From contig NC_087252.1 of NCBI RefSeq assembly GCF_037042905.1, positions 14,448,001-14,512,000 on the forward strand: a DNA stretch of 64,000 nt. Reading direction: 5' to 3'. Both the position numbers and the translations under genes were made by a program. Source of the DNA: Lytechinus pictus. Taxonomy: Eukaryota. Numbering within the stretch: position 1 is the stretch's first letter; every line of letters starts with the position of its first letter. This document shows positions 26,240 to 40,722 of the stretch, in pieces. The notes beneath the pieces were generated by a model. That model did not search any database and had not been told where the DNA came from. It saw nothing but the letters and a program-made list of their open reading frames with translations.

Positions 26240-28979
26240 CAGTGTTGTAGTCAAGGCTCAAACCTCCAAGGCCAAGGCTTCAATACCAAAGGCCAAGGCC
26301 AAGGCATGGAAACCCAAGGCCAAGGCATGAAAACCTGAAGGCCAAGGCATTTCAAACTTACGATATACAGAACAATGAACTAACAATACTTAGGCGGCAG
26401 ACATCACACATGGTAAAATGTATGTGAGCGAGGGGACTGAGCGAGAAAAAAATTAACCTTTGTACATTTAAAACAAAAATAATGTCATGATAGAGACATA
26501 TTAAAATAATGATATAGTTTAATACCTGTGGACACATAATCCATAATTTTTCTCGGCGATTTACAGTGCAATAATTATTATTACCACGGTCATCTGATCC
26601 TGGCATTCTCAACGTATGTTTTTCTCCACTCCCTTGGACAGGGGCAGCAGAAAATTATTATGGGGGGGGGGTCAAGGCCAAATAGGCACTCATTTATCAA
26701 AATGAGTTTTTTTGTGCAAACAGATACATGTATTTTCAAAATGAGATTATGAACTGCGTAAAGTAATTGTGTGTTTTGTAGAAATTAAGTTGAGCAAAGG
26801 CTTTCTAAAGTGATTTTTAATTATAAGATATATATTTTTATGTAGGTTTTACTTATCAGCGAGAAAGCATAGCGAGCAAGCGGTTTGAAAAAAAATATAT
26901 TCTGAAGTTGTAAAACTTGATTTATTGTCAATTATGGGGCTAATCATTGTTAAAAGGGCATCCTTGCGCAATGTTGCCAGCGCGAACCACCAGCTCAAAC
27001 TTCTTGACATGTCGTGTAATAAGACATGGAAATTAAATATTCTGAGCTGGTTTTGTAATCATGAAAAAGATGTGTATCTAACTTAAAAATAACTTTACGC
27101 TCGCTAAATTTTTGTATATACTGACCAGAAAAGGAAGCAGGTAATTACTGCATTTTAAATAGGATACATAAATCACCAATAAAAATAATGCGAGCGCAAA
27201 GCGCGAGCGCAAAAATTTGTGATATTCCAACCTGAAAACTGGACATTATAAGCATTTTTTTTTGTGAACGGTAAGAGAACGAGTGCAATATTGATGCGGG
27301 TGCAGGAAGCGAGCCAAAAATTTGTGATATTCCAACCATAAAGCAACATTCTATACATTTTTGTAACCATGAGCAGGATTAGTACTGTACTAAACAATAA
27401 TTGATACAAGCACGATTCAAAATCTGTGATTTTCGAACCTAAAACGTATTATGTTTTATTATTAAAGAAGGTATATATTCTTTTTTAAAAAGGGCATATT
27501 TCATTTGGAAAAAAAAAATCCTACAGGGATTTTTTTTTTTTTGGGGGGGAGGCAAGAGAGCACAAAGCGCAAGCTAAAATTTTCAAATGCTTAAACTGAA
27601 AATGAGTCATTTTTAGGACTCTTGTCAGTTTTCATATTTTTTCTGCTTACAACCACTTTTAAATTTCAATTCTCATTTCTTGTATCTTCTACACTTATTT
27701 TACCTTAAAAAAACAGAATAAAGAATACTAACAAAATAAAGTTATATTCAAAAGTATATAGAATAAACAGGGCGCACCCCATATCCTTATTTGGAAGAGG
27801 GTAAATCTTAATTTCTTTAAACAGTTTATCAATCATTAATTATTAATACTTATTGATAATATTGATAATTATTGATTATTCAATCATTATTTTTTTATTA
27901 ATTATTATTTCTTGAAACCATATTGACACAAAAACAAATACGTTGTTTATTTCCTTTAAACTGTAGAGAAATGAAATTCACTGTTGAACGATATATGATT
28001 AAAAAGAAGTAAACATTTTTTCCCCTTTGTTTTGTAAATCTGACCCAAAACAAATATACAATTTAGAAAAGAGATAGAGAGAAGAATAAGTTCCACCACC
28101 AATAATAAACTTAGACAAGGGGGGAAAGGGAAAGGAAAAGATGGAGTAAATGTGATATTATTTTTTAAAATATCGCAAAATTAGCTTTTCCTATAGAAAG
28201 AGGGGGACAAATTTTGTTCACTCGCTCGCTTCAATCGCTTTCTTCTTTTTTGACAGAAATTCTGCTCTATATGCCATGCTTGGCACCTCAAAGTTTCTGG
28301 CTCATCATGCCATTGACATAACCCATGTGGATATGACAAAATTGAAGACTGTGTTCAAGTTTACCAAATCTTTTCAGAATATCATTAAGACTTAAAACAT
28401 TCTTGTTGGCGAAAGAAAATAATACAAGGAAAATCTTAATAGAATAGAAATCAACCTTTTTATCGTTCTTTAGAGTTAGCTATGTTTAAAGTATGAAAAT
28501 TGTTGTCAAAATTGCAGTCAGATGTCAAATTTATTCTTGCCATCAAAGCACTATTATCTTGATCATGATCATTATTATTTACTGTCATTATCATCATTAG
28601 TCATGATTACAACACATTACCAATACATAATGCTATTTTTCATAACTGATGTATTCTTTGTTTGAAAATTCTTGATAATGGTGACAATTATACAATTGAT
28701 GACACTGCTAGTGCACTTACTACTGCTGCTGCTATTGTTACTGGTGACTGGTAGTATTGACCATTAGTGTCATTAAATAAAAAAAAAAACAATTGAAACA
28801 TTTATAATTACTTATTTAAAACAAATGAAAGTACAAAATACAGAATGCCTTGAAATGGCATTGAAAATGCCTTGAAAATGCCTCAAAATCCTCAAGGCCA
28901 AGGCTTGAATGTTCAAGGCCAAGGCTTTGAAAAAGTAGGCCTTAAGGCCAAGGCCGAGCATCAAGGCACTACAACACTG
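26240..28979. mobile_element. Non-autonomous TIR element with subterminal (CAAGGC)n repeats
   Basis: 11-bp perfect TIR cagtgttgtag / ctacaacactg, with aaggccaaggc arrays near both ends. It is absent from the left arm of the inverted duplication. Confidence 0.8.
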
Positions 28980-29310
28980 ATTAGTACTAGGCATTAGACA
29001 GGTCCAGATTTGAGTTAAATTAAGTTAATGCGCTAGCCTAAGCGAGCCCTAGCCTAGCACATGTCTTGCCATTAATGGCAGCTAGTTTGAAAAGTGTTTA
29101 AGAATTGGATATATTTAAGGCATATGTAACTATGTAAGAGTACCGGTAATTTGACGATGCTAATTCATTCTGAGCAACTGAACGTGAATGCTTACGACCG
29201 GCACTGGTCTAGGCAAAGTCCACGCGCATGCGTACTCTTAATCCGAAGACGCAAGTCATGAATATTCATATGTTGGTCCAGAACTCGGTGGGAAAAATAA
29301 TTTCGCGCCC

Positions 29311-29504
29311 GGGGGCCCCACTTCCATTGACGAGTGGATACCAGGCGCGACCACGTGTAAAAAGAGAAAGAGTGGGCAAGTACGTTACGTATAGGCCTAT
29401 ATGTAGCGTTTAGGGTGTCAAAAAACGATGTAACGTACTTGCCCACTCTCCTTTTTTACGTGTGGTCGCGCCTGGTATCCACTTGTCTATGGAAGTGTGC
29501 CCCC
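29311..29504. mobile_element. ~190-bp hairpin MITE
   Basis: acttccattgacgagtggataccaggcgcgaccac pairs with gtggtcgcgcctggtatccacttgtctatggaagt. The empty site is at about 19820-19835 in the left arm. Confidence 0.85.
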
Positions 29505-31126
29505 CGGGCGGCCTCTTGAGCTCTGGGAGAAACCAAATATGGCTCTGGAAGGTCGTCCTAAATCGGATATGTCGCTGTTACCATAGTATTTTGCACACGA
29601 ACCGCAGTTTGTATTTCCGTTGCAGATGCGAAAGCAAAAAAAATGCTAATGTCTCAAAATTTAAACTGCAGGACAGTTTTTCACGACGTCCCAAAAGTCT
29701 CTTCCAAAATCAACTTCCGTCGTAAATATGCGTTCGCGTTCTCCAGCGAAAAGTGGGGTAGAACGCTTTTGTGCGGCCGCCACTGATTTCCAAGGGAGGC
29801 TGCCAGTTGTGAATAATACGCAGAATCCTCACTTTCTTGGGCTATTGTTCAATGATGCAAACAACGTCTTTAATTACCACAAATATGTCAAAAGAAAATA
29901 TTTTCAGATTGTTTCATTGATCTTAAAAGATGTCACTCTAGGAACTTTGAAAGCAGATAGTAATTGTGTCAAAGATTCAAAATTAAATTCTCTGATTTAG
30001 CGGCTTACACAAATTATATCTGACAGCCATTGACTTTCCCATTCTGCTCTTTATTAGTTTATATACTTTAAACTTAAAGATAATTAGGTACTAGGTACGA
30101 TAGTGTTAGTACTTCTTTAATACTTATACCCATTCTGCTCCTTATTTCTTTATAAACTTCGAACTTGAAGATATCTTATTAATATCTATCTTAAAAGATG
30201 CATGATGGACAATGAAACTTGGTTTAAGTCAAACTCGTTTCTTTTGAACCATAGTAGATGTGAGCTTTTTGGCTCAAAATTTCAACTAAACAAATTCAAC
30301 ATCGATTCCATTTCTATCTCATACAGTGACATCCCCTTGTCAAAGTCATGTCGCAATCTTGGAGTTATTTTTCATTCTAAAATGTCCATGCTTAACCAGA
30401 TTACAAGCATTTGCAGATCAGTTCGTTATCAATTGCGCAATATTGGCTTCATAGGAAAATATATTACTCGCTCAGCAACAGAGAAACTGGTATATTCACT
30501 CATTTCTTCACGATTTGATTTTGGTAATAGCCTCCTTTACAACTGACTAGATTCTAACCTTGGGAAATTGCAAGTGTTGCAAAATGCAGCTGTGCGTATT
30601 GTAACTCTATCTAGCAAGCGCAGCCACATCACCCCTATAATTCTACCTTATCTGAATTACGGAGCTGTCATTCGACACCTTGACGAAGTCAAGTCAATAC
30701 TACTATTCAATAAAATTGATATATTTGCTGTGAACGAGACCAAGATAGACAACTCAATAAGTAATTTTGAGGTAGAAATTGAGAACTATGTCATGTTTCG
30801 GAGAGACCGAAACCGTCAAGGTGGCGGTGTCGCCCTCTATGTCCATTAATCCTTAAAAACAGAGTGTATTGCACAACATGACTCATTTAAGGAATTCGAA
30901 ATTGTAGCTACTATCGTTCATTCGAAGAATTGTAAACCACTTTTGGTTGCTACCTGGTAGACCACCGAATTCCAAACTCGATGTACTTCATGCATATGAG
31001 GCATTTTCACAGCATGTTGATAGACTTAAGAAAGATATTATATTAATCGGTGACATTAACTGTGATCTGTTATCGCATGCTCTTTCTTCTCACACAAGAA
31101 TGTATTGTGAAATTAATGACATCAGT

Positions 31127-31608
31127 AGGTGGTTTCAGACCGCCTCGAAGTTCGTCAGTTCCAGGTATTTTTATTCTCTGATCGGGAAATTTACCCCGAT
31201 CAGAAAATACCAGGTATTTTGGTAATGTGAAAGCAAACTACGCGTAATTTCCCCGAAAGAAAATACCCGCTAAATAGTAGGTACTTGCCGAAATTACGAG
31301 AACTTTCGCGGGGATTTTTCCAAGGTCGCAGGTATTTTGGCAATGTGAAAGCAATTTACGGGAACTTTTAGCCCAGCGTGTCGTTGGGCGCGGGCGCCGT
31401 GGGTGGCTGCTGGGCTAGTGATTTTGAATATCGCGCCTTGCCTGCTTATACAGACCATATTGCGCATGCTCGTAACTTCAGGAACTTATCCCGAAGGGTA
31501 TGCTTCGGGGCGGTGTGAATGCAGGAATAGTTAATTGGTATTTTTTAGCCTAAAAAAGTTCTCGTAATTTAACGGGGATTCTTATGATCGAGGCGGTTTG
31601 AAACCACT
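31127..31608 (+). mobile_element. MITE copy A (GGTGGTTTC termini; PIF/Harbinger-like by termini only)
   Basis: TIR ggtggtttcagaccgcctcga / tcgaggcggtttgaaaccac. Interrupts the LINE EN domain. Confidence 0.8.
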
Positions 31609-31711
31609 CTCAAACAGGTAAATACCACAGAACCCACAAGATTAACCACCCAGTCCACCACTCTTGTTGATCACATGTCATGTAACTGTTCACATAGAAT
31701 AAAATCGCATG

Positions 31712-32188
31712 AGGTGGTTTCAAACCGCCTCGATCACAAGAATCCCCGTTAAATTACGAAAACTTTTTAAGGCTGAAAAATACCCATTAATTATTCCTGC
31801 ATTCACACCGCCCTGAAACATACCCTTCGGGATAAGTTCCTGAAGTTACGAGCATGCGCAGTATGGTCTGATAAGCAGCAAGGCGCGAAATTCAAAATCA
31901 CTAGCCCAGCAGCAACCCATGCACGGCGCCCCACCCAACGACACGCTGGGCTAAAAGTTCCCGTAATTTGCTTTCAGACCGCCAAAATACCCACGACCTT
32001 GGAAAAATCCCCGCGAAAGTTCTCGTAATTTCGTAAGTACCTACTATTTATCGGGTATTTTCTTTCGGGGATATTACGCGTAGTTTGCTTTCACACCGCC
32101 AAAATACCTGGTATTTTCTGATCGGGGTAAATTTCCCGATCAGAGAATACCTGGAACTGGCGAACTTCGAGGCGGTCTGAAACCACCT
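31712..32188 (-). mobile_element. MITE copy B, same family as copy A in opposite orientation
   Basis: Reverse complement of 31127-31608 with scattered differences. Confidence 0.8.
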
Positions 32189-35100
32189 ATTGTGTCATTC
32201 ATAGCGGATTAAGTGATCACTCCATGAGCTTTTTTATTTTAAAATCCGAATCTACTCCATTCCCAAGAATTGTCCAGTTTAGAGACTATAAACTAAACAC
32301 TTTGATGTAGATAAATTTATAATTGACCTTAAAAATCAACATAGGAGAAGGTAAAAGATATAGATGATGCTGTTGAGTCTTGGCAAAGCTGGTTTACTGA
32401 TGTAATCGATAAGCACATGCCTGTCCGAACAAAAAGGTCAAAACAACGCAATACTCCCTGGATGAATTCGAATTTATATAAGCTTATGAGAGATCGAGAC
32501 AAGACAAAACGTAAAGCTCTTAGAACCAAAGATGATGACATGATGTCACAATACAGAATGCTTCGCAATAAAGTTACACTTGAAATTCGAAAAGCCAAGC
32601 GAAAATACTTTACTGACAAATTTTCAAATATGAAAGTAGACCCTAAGCAAACTTGGAGAGTCCTAAAATCAGTAATTTCAGATAACAAATCTGATTCTTC
32701 CTTCAGTGATTTAAGGGAGGATTGCGATATAGCCGAGAAATTCAACTCATACTTTTCTCGTATTGGAACAGTTCTAGCTGACACAATTCCAGCAACGATA
32801 CCTTCAAGTGACTACTACCAAGTCATCAACAGCACATTCAATTTTACCTCCATTCATGAATCAGAAACTCTGAAACTCATAAAAGGACTGAAAATAAAAA
32901 ATCTACTGCTGGCCTAGATGGAATTTCTGTATATATTTTGAAACTAAGCGCTCTCGAAATTACCCCCATACTTACTTATTTAATTAACAAATCATTGAAA
33001 GATGGGAAATTCCCTAGTTGTTGGAAAGCTGCTAAAATTGTACCTATACATAAACATGGTGATAAGTCCTCTCCTGACAATTTTCGACCTATTTCACTCT
33101 TACCCTGTGTATCCAAGATATTAGAACGTGTTGTGCGACGCCAACTACTAGAATATCCCCATAAGAATGACATTTTATGTGAACAACAGTCTGGATTTAG
33201 GCCGTTGCATTCCACCACATCAACGTTAATCAAAGTCACCGACGACTGGCTGAAAGCCATGGATGATTCCATATATACGGGTGCTGTATTTATCGATTTG
33301 CGAAAGGCTTTCGATACCGTAGATCATCAAATCCTAATTAAGAAAATGAATAATATTGGTATACAAAGCTCAACCGGCCAATGGTTCTACAGCTATTTAA
33401 CCGATAAATCATGTCACACACTCGTTAATCACTCTCTTTCATCTACCAAAGTCACCTCATGTGGGGTCCCAAAAGGATCATTATTAGGGCCGCTTTTATT
33501 TATCAATAACGACCTTAGCATCAAAATAAAGTCAAGTTAACTAAAATTGTACGCTGACGATACAGTACTATATAATTGCAATGCCTCAGTCCATGAACAG
33601 ATGAAATTGAATCTACTTTAAACAGCGATTTACTTATTTTAAATCAATGGATGACTGAAAATAGATTAAGTGTTAACTACGAAAAAACAGTCTGCATGTT
33701 AATTGGCAGTCGTCATATGTTGTCAAAAGACAAATGCCTGAATGTAAATCTAGGCACGAACAAAATCAAACAGGTTAATGATGTTAAATACTTAGGAGTA
33801 ATTTGTGACGACCAAATCAAATGGAATACTCATATTGATAAAATGATCAAAAAGATAGGTCAAATGGTTGGATTTCATGGTAGGTTAAGAAGCTTTCTAA
33901 ACGAAACTATTCTCAAACTCATTTATGAAACTATTATTCTTCCCCACTTTGATTATGGAGATATTATTTCTGGATCGGCCAGTAGATACCTAACGGAAAG
34001 ACTTCAAAAACTCAAAAACCGCGCTGGTCGTTAAATTTTATATATAAATCGTTCATCTCGCACATCCAATTCTGAAATCCACAATACCCTTGATTGGAAC
34101 ACCCTTTATACCAGAAGAAACAAACACTTGCTAATTTATTTTTTTTAATCACTAAATAAAATGACCCCGATTTACATTTCAGACTGTTTTAAAACATCTA
34201 CTCACGAGTATAACTTACGCTTTGGAGACAAGTTATGTACTCTTAAACCTAATACTGAATTCTTTAAAAAGAACTTTTGAACATAGAGGCGCCAGCTTAT
34301 ATAATAATCTTCCCGCTTGTGCCCGATCTGCAACAAATTTACATGCTTTCAAAAATTGCCTCATGACATTAGACGCAACGTCTCACCTTACATAATTTTC
34401 AACTTTGGGATTTCTAAAACTATAGGCCCATTCTGTCCCGGGAGGGGGGGCGGGTGTCGGGGTTGTCCCTTATTTTTGTCATCTGATTTTTGTTTATTTG
34501 TATTATGTGTAATCTTTATGTTATTACCAATCACCTTTTTATTATATTGCTAGCATAGTTATGATCATGTCTTTTATCGTTTAGATTATATAGATTACTC
34601 GTGTACACCCATATCCTTTTATTTATTTATTTTTTGTTTGCTTGTAAATATAACAGTTTTAATTAGCTTCTTTTCTGGACCCCATGGAAGACCAGCAGTG
34701 TCGTGCCTGGCACAGCTGAATATGGGTTATCCAGCCGATTCTATTTTGTTGTTTCTCTCACTCTTATGTATGTATGTATTTGTCTTGTTTTTTATGTATT
34801 CTGGATCGGATAAATAAATACTATACTATTACATGGGGTAACGCAGCGAATTATCAAATTAATAGACTTTTTATATTACCAAAAAGAGTGATTCGTATTT
34901 TTAGTCATGCAGAATTCAGGGCACATACAAATATTCTGCTTTTGAAAAATAAAGTCTTGAAGGTTAAAGATTTATATTCTTTTCGACTCGGACAGTTAAT
35001 GTACAAGTTTATCAATAAACTATTACCGTTACCTTTTAATAATACGTTTGTAAAAAATGATACAATTCATAAGCACTTCACTCGCCAGGCGAGTTCCTTT

Positions 35101-38100
35101 TATTCAACTCTGAATAGAACATCGTTTGCACAGAATACATTTGTTTTACTGGTCCAAAATTATGGAATTCTTTTTCAAAGGATATAATACAATGTAATTC
35201 AATACAAAATTTCAAAGGAAAACTTAAAAAGTATCTTCTTAATTCATACTAGATTGTTTTTTCACAAAGTAATGTAATTCAGAACTTAATATGTAAATGT
35301 ATTTATTACTTATTCTTTGTATATATATTTAATCGTTTTATGATTTCTGTATACAGTGAATTATTGAATCATTTATTAGGTGGTCTGTCTATGACAGATC
35401 ACCTCTTGATTTCGCCAGAATTTTCTTTCTTTATTTCTTTATTCTTTATTAGGTGGTCTGTCTATGACAGATCACCTCTTGATTTCGCCAGAATTTTCTT
35501 TCTTTATTCTTTATTTCTTTATTCTTTATTTCTTTATTAGGTGGTCTGTCAACGACAGATCACCTATTGATTTCGCCAGAATTTTTATTTCTTCCGTACA
35601 CTTTTTGTACACACGTTCACTCGAAATCGACATGGTCAATTTCCTTCAAATTTCTGTCAGTCATCAAGCCCTATGATTTCAAGTAAAATCAACTTTTCCA
35701 AGGTCATCACGTCATCGTGACGTCATCCAGGCGCCATTTTGTAAAATCACATTGTCGATCATATCTCCATTATCAATTATTAAAAATCAATCAAATTAAC
35801 ATCACATCAACTTCAGGTCAAGGGTCAAAAGGTCATGTCATCAAAGGTCACCTGGAGGTCACGACGCGCGCGTATGCGCTCGTCAAATTTTTAAAATGCT
35901 CAAAATCACTTTTTGACCAATGTAAAGTACGTTTCAGGTCATTTCAAGCATTTCAAAAATTTGCGCGCGCACACGTATGCGCGCGCGTTTCCGCGCGTAA
36001 CGCCTTCAACGCAACGCAGAAACGCCGTTTTTTTATATCATTGCATTGATAATATAATTCTGAGCAATTTGATACCTTGATCAACCTTCTACGACCATTA
36101 ATAACGAAATTAACACCCGTTAAAGTTTGCAGCACGTGTGCGCGCGAGCTCTTACTATAGGCCATATATGGGCAAAAACATGCCTATTAAAAATTCACTG
36201 TAGTTCTTTAAATAGTCCGTTGACCCCCAATTTTTTTTCATATATCGATAGAGTATGAGTTGTAGATTTGATTTCATGTCACCATTGTCCCTCAATTTGA
36301 TCATGACATCATCAAAATGGCGTCGGAAGTTAAAATATCCATTTTCCTTGTTATGACGTCATAACAATTATGCAAATTAGGCTCTAACTCCGTGAATATT
36401 GGTAAATTTTCGCCCATTTTTCGATATGTTGTAGCTTAAGTCTTACTCTTTCTGAATTATTGCCTTTAATTTTCATTTTAATAAACGGATCATCCTCAAA
36501 AATTGCAAATAATAAAGACATGTCATTTTTCCTCATTTTGCGTGTAATCTCTATGGGACATGACTTTTTCTCAAAACTAGATTCGACATTCCTCTATTTC
36601 GTGAGCCATATCTCCTTTTCTTCTTGTCAGTTTTTCCTGAGCTTTTAGTATGTTGTAGCTGAGATTCTAAGCTTTCGAAAAAATCAACCTATTTTTTCGA
36701 TCAGATGCCGGGATCATGCCCGTATTTCACTTGCAAAATTGGATTGGATATTCTCGTATTTTCCTTACGTGTAAAGTCTATGGGAAATATTCTAGCTCAA
36801 TTCTTTCTTCATTAGGTGGTCTGTCAACGACAGATCAATTATCAAAAATCAATCAAATTAACATCACATCAACTTCAGGTCAAGGGTCAAGAGGTCATGT
36901 CATCAAAGGTCACCTGGAGGTCACGACGCGCGCGTATGCGCTCGTCAAATTTTTAAAATGCTCAAAATCACTTTTTGACCAAAGTAAAGTACGTTTCAGG
37001 TCATTTCAAGCATTTCAAAAATTTGCGCGCGCACACGTATGCGCGCGCGTTTCCGCGCGTAACGCCTTCAACGCAACGCAGAAACGCCGTTTTTTTATAT
37101 CATTGCATTGATAATATAATTCTGAGCAATTTGATACCTTGATCAACCTTCTACGACCATTAATAACGAAATTAACACCCGTTGAAGTTTGCAGCACGTG
37201 TGCGCGCGAGCTCTTACTATAGGCCATATATGGGCAAAAACATGCCTATTAAAAATTCACTGTAGTTCTTTAAATAGTCCGTTGACCCCCAATTTTTTTT
37301 CATATATCGATAGAGTATGAGTTGTAGATTTGATTTCATGTCACCATTGTCCCTCAATTTGATCATGACATCATCAAAATGGCGTCGGAAGTTAAAATAT
37401 CAATTTTCCTTGTTATGACGTCATAACAATTATGCAAATTAGGCTCTAACTCCGTGAATATTGGTAAATTTTCGCCCATTTTTCGATATGTTGTAGCTTA
37501 AGTCTTACTCTTTCTGAATTATTGCCTTTAATTTTCATTTTAATAAACGGATCATCCTCAAAAATTGCAAATAATAAAGACATGTCATTTTTCCTCATTT
37601 TGCTTGTAATCTCTATGGGACATGACTTTTTCTCAAAACTAGATTCGACATTCCTCTATTTCGTGAGCCATATCTCCTTTTCTTCTTGTCAGTTTTTCCT
37701 GAGCTTTTAGCATGTTGTAGCTGAGATTCTAAGCTTTCGAAAAGGTCAACCTATTTTTTCGATCAGATGCCGGGATCATGCCCGTATTTCACTTGCAAAA
37801 TTGGATTGGATATTCTCGTATTTTCCTTACGTGTAAAGTCTATGGGAAATATTCTAGCTCATTTCTTTCTTTATTAGGTGGTCTGTCAACGACAGATCAC
37901 CTATTGATTTCGCCAGAATTTTTATTTCTTCCGTACACTTTTTGTACACGCGTTCACTCGAAATCGACATGGTCAATTTCCTTCAAATTTCTGTCAGTCA
38001 TTAAGCCCTATGATTTCAAGTAAAATCAACTTTTTCAAGGTCATCACGTCATCGTGACGTCATCCAGGCGCCATTTTGTAAAATCACATTGTCGATCATA

Positions 38101-39117
38101 TCTCCATTATCAATCATCAAAAATCAATCAAATTAACATCACATCAACTTCAGGTCAAGGGTCAAAAGGTCATGTCATCAAAGGTCACCTGGAGGTCACG
38201 ACGCGCGCGTATGCGCTCGTCAAATTTTTAAAATGCTCAAAATCACTTTTTGACCAATGTAAAGTACGTTTCAGGTCATTTCAAGCATTTCAAAAATTTC
38301 ACGCGCACACGTATGCGCGCGCGTTTCCGCGCGTAACGCCTTCAACGCAACCCAGAAACGCCGTTTTTTTATATCATTGCATTGATAATATAATTCTGAG
38401 CAATTTGATACCTTGATCAACCTTCTACGACCATTAATAACGAAATTAACACCCGTTAAAGTTTGCAGCACGTGTGCGCGCGAGCTCTCACTACAGGTCA
38501 TATATGGGCAAAAACATGCCTATTAAAAATTCACTGTAGTTCTTTAAATAGTCCGTTGACCCCCAATTTTTTTTCATATATCGATAGAGTATGAGTTGTA
38601 GATTTGATTTCATGTCACCATTGTCCCTCAATTTGATCATGACGTCATCAAAATTGCGCCTAAACTGAAAATTTCATTTTTTCAAAAATGACGTCATCAA
38701 AATTATGCAAATTTGATCATTACTCCGTGAATATTGATCATTTTTCGCCCAGATTTCGATATGTTGTAGTTTAGAATGTATTCTTTTTCGTCAGTTACAT
38801 AAATTTTCATTTTGAAAAACGCATCATGGTGTAAAATTGCGATGAAAAGAGGCATGTCATTTTTCCTCATTTTACATGTAATCTCTATGGGACATGACTT
38901 TTTCTCAAAACTAGATTCTACATGCCTCTATTTCGTGAGCTATATCTCCATTTTTTCTTGTTAGTTATCCCTGAGCTTTTGGTATGATGTAGCTGAGATT
39001 CTAAGCTTTCGGAAGTGTGCCCTCCATTTTTCGATCAGATGCCAGGATCATGCCCCTTTCTCGCTTGCAAAATTGGATTTGTAATTCTCAAATTTGCTTA
39101 CGTGTAATCTCTATGGG

Positions 39118-39207
39118 GAATATCGTGGCTCAATGGATAACGCACTTGACTTGAGTTCTCGGGGGCGCAGGTTCGAGTCCTGGGGGTGAACAAGATGATT
39201 TTTTTTT
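39118..39207 (+). ncRNA. tRNA-derived (Arg-like) Pol III cassette inside the Helitron-like element, copy 1; not a functional tRNA
   Basis: A box TGGCTCAATGG (39126), B box GGTTCGAGTCC (39170) and a downstream T-run. The acceptor stem does not pair. Confidence 0.65.
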
Positions 39208-40722
39208 CTTTTTTTTTCTTTTTACCACCTCGTACATGATCCTTTATGATAATTAAAAGGTATGAAAGTTAAAATTTAGCAAGATTAAACAGATTATGAT
39301 TACTTTTTTCATATCACATGTATTTTCATATATCAAAGAGACCCTTTTCACAGTGCTTTATCATCTCCCGTCTTTCACAAGTATTCAATCCATAATGAAC
39401 ATTCCGTTGTCATCATGAAGATCATATTGATCTGCTTGAACATGGTAATAGTGATCATGATGGCGAGAATAAGGACAGACCACCTAATTCGTCCGCATGA
39501 CGAATTAAAATCTAGTTTATTTTTATTTCTTCCGTACACTTTTTTGTACACACGTTCACTCGAAATCGACATGGTCAATTTCCTTCAAATTTCTTTCAGT
39601 CATCAAGCCCTATGATTTCAAGTAAAATCAACTTTTTCAAGGTCATCAGGTCATGATGACGTCATCCAGGCGCCATTTTGTGAAAATCAGGTCATTATCA
39701 TATCTCGATAACGAGTCATCAAAAATCAAATATATTTGGTATACATCAACTTCAGGTCAACGGTCAACTAAAAATTTCATCAAATTCCGCGCGCACACCT
39801 CGACGCGCACGTACGCGCGCATTTAAATTTTAAAATGCTCAAATTCGTTCCAAATTAATTTTTCATACGTTATAGCCCATTTTAAGCATTTTGCAAAAAA
39901 CGCGCGCACGCACATGCGCGCGCGTTTTCGCGCGTAATTGCATCTTCCAACATAGAATCGCCAAATTTTTTTATATCAATGCACCGATAATATAATTCTG
40001 AACAATTTGATACCTTGATCAACCTTCTACGACCATTAATAACGAAATTATCACCCGTTAAACTTTGCAGCACGTGTGCGCGCGAGCTCTCACTACAGGC
40101 CATATATGGGCAAAAACATGTCTATTGAAAATTCACTGTAGCTCTTTTAATAGTCCGTTGACCCCAATTTTTTTTTCATATATCGATAGAGTATGAGTTG
40201 TAGATTTGATTTCATGTCACCATTGTCCCTCAATTTGATCATGACGTCATCAAAATTGCGCCTAAACTGAAAATTTCATTTTTTCAAAAATGACGTCATC
40301 AAATTTATGCAAATTTGATCATAACTCCGTGAATATTGATAATTTTTTCGCCCAGATTTCGATATGTTGTAGTTTAGAATGTATTCTCTTTCTCGTCAGT
40401 TGCATAAATTTTCATTTTGAAAAACGCATCATGGTGTAAAATTGCGATGAAAAGAGGCATGTCATTTTTCCTCATTTTACGTGTAATCTCTATGGGACAT
40501 GACTTTTTCTCAAAACTAGATTCTACATTCCTCTATTTCGTGAGCTATATCTCCATTTTTTCTTGTTAGTTATTCCTGAGCTTTTGGTATGATGTAGCTG
40601 AGATTCTAAGCTTTCGGAAGTGTGCCCTCCATTTTTCGATCAGATGCCAGGATCATGCCTCTTTCTCGCTTGCAAAATTGGATTTGTAATTCTCAAATTT
40701 GCTTACGTGTAATCTCTATGGG

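Larger units (their letters stand above)
30663..34822 (+). mobile_element. Degenerate CR1/L2-group LINE (ORF2 pseudogene with EN and RT, plus 3' UTR)
   Basis: EN motifs NETK, RRDRNRQGGGVALY, GDINCD and SDH; RT motifs NFRPISLL, QSGFR, DLRKAFD, GVPKGSLLGP and YADD (about 33550). Multiple stops and frameshifts. 3' UTR stem ctggaccccat...atgggttatccag and an aataaataaa tail. Confidence 0.9.

Noticed and set aside
26232..28987. 8-bp TSD for the CAAGGC-repeat element
   Set aside because: The flanks cggctatt and attagtac do not match. At most a 3-bp ATT overlap, so no superfamily was assigned.
35717..38501. Repeated 70-130 aa ORFs in the tandem array
   Set aside because: Frames break differently between units and show no Rep/helicase or other domain motifs.
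39118..39190. Functional tRNA gene
   Set aside because: Acceptor and anticodon stems do not pair, and it is embedded in a repeat. Kept only as a tRNA-derived cassette.
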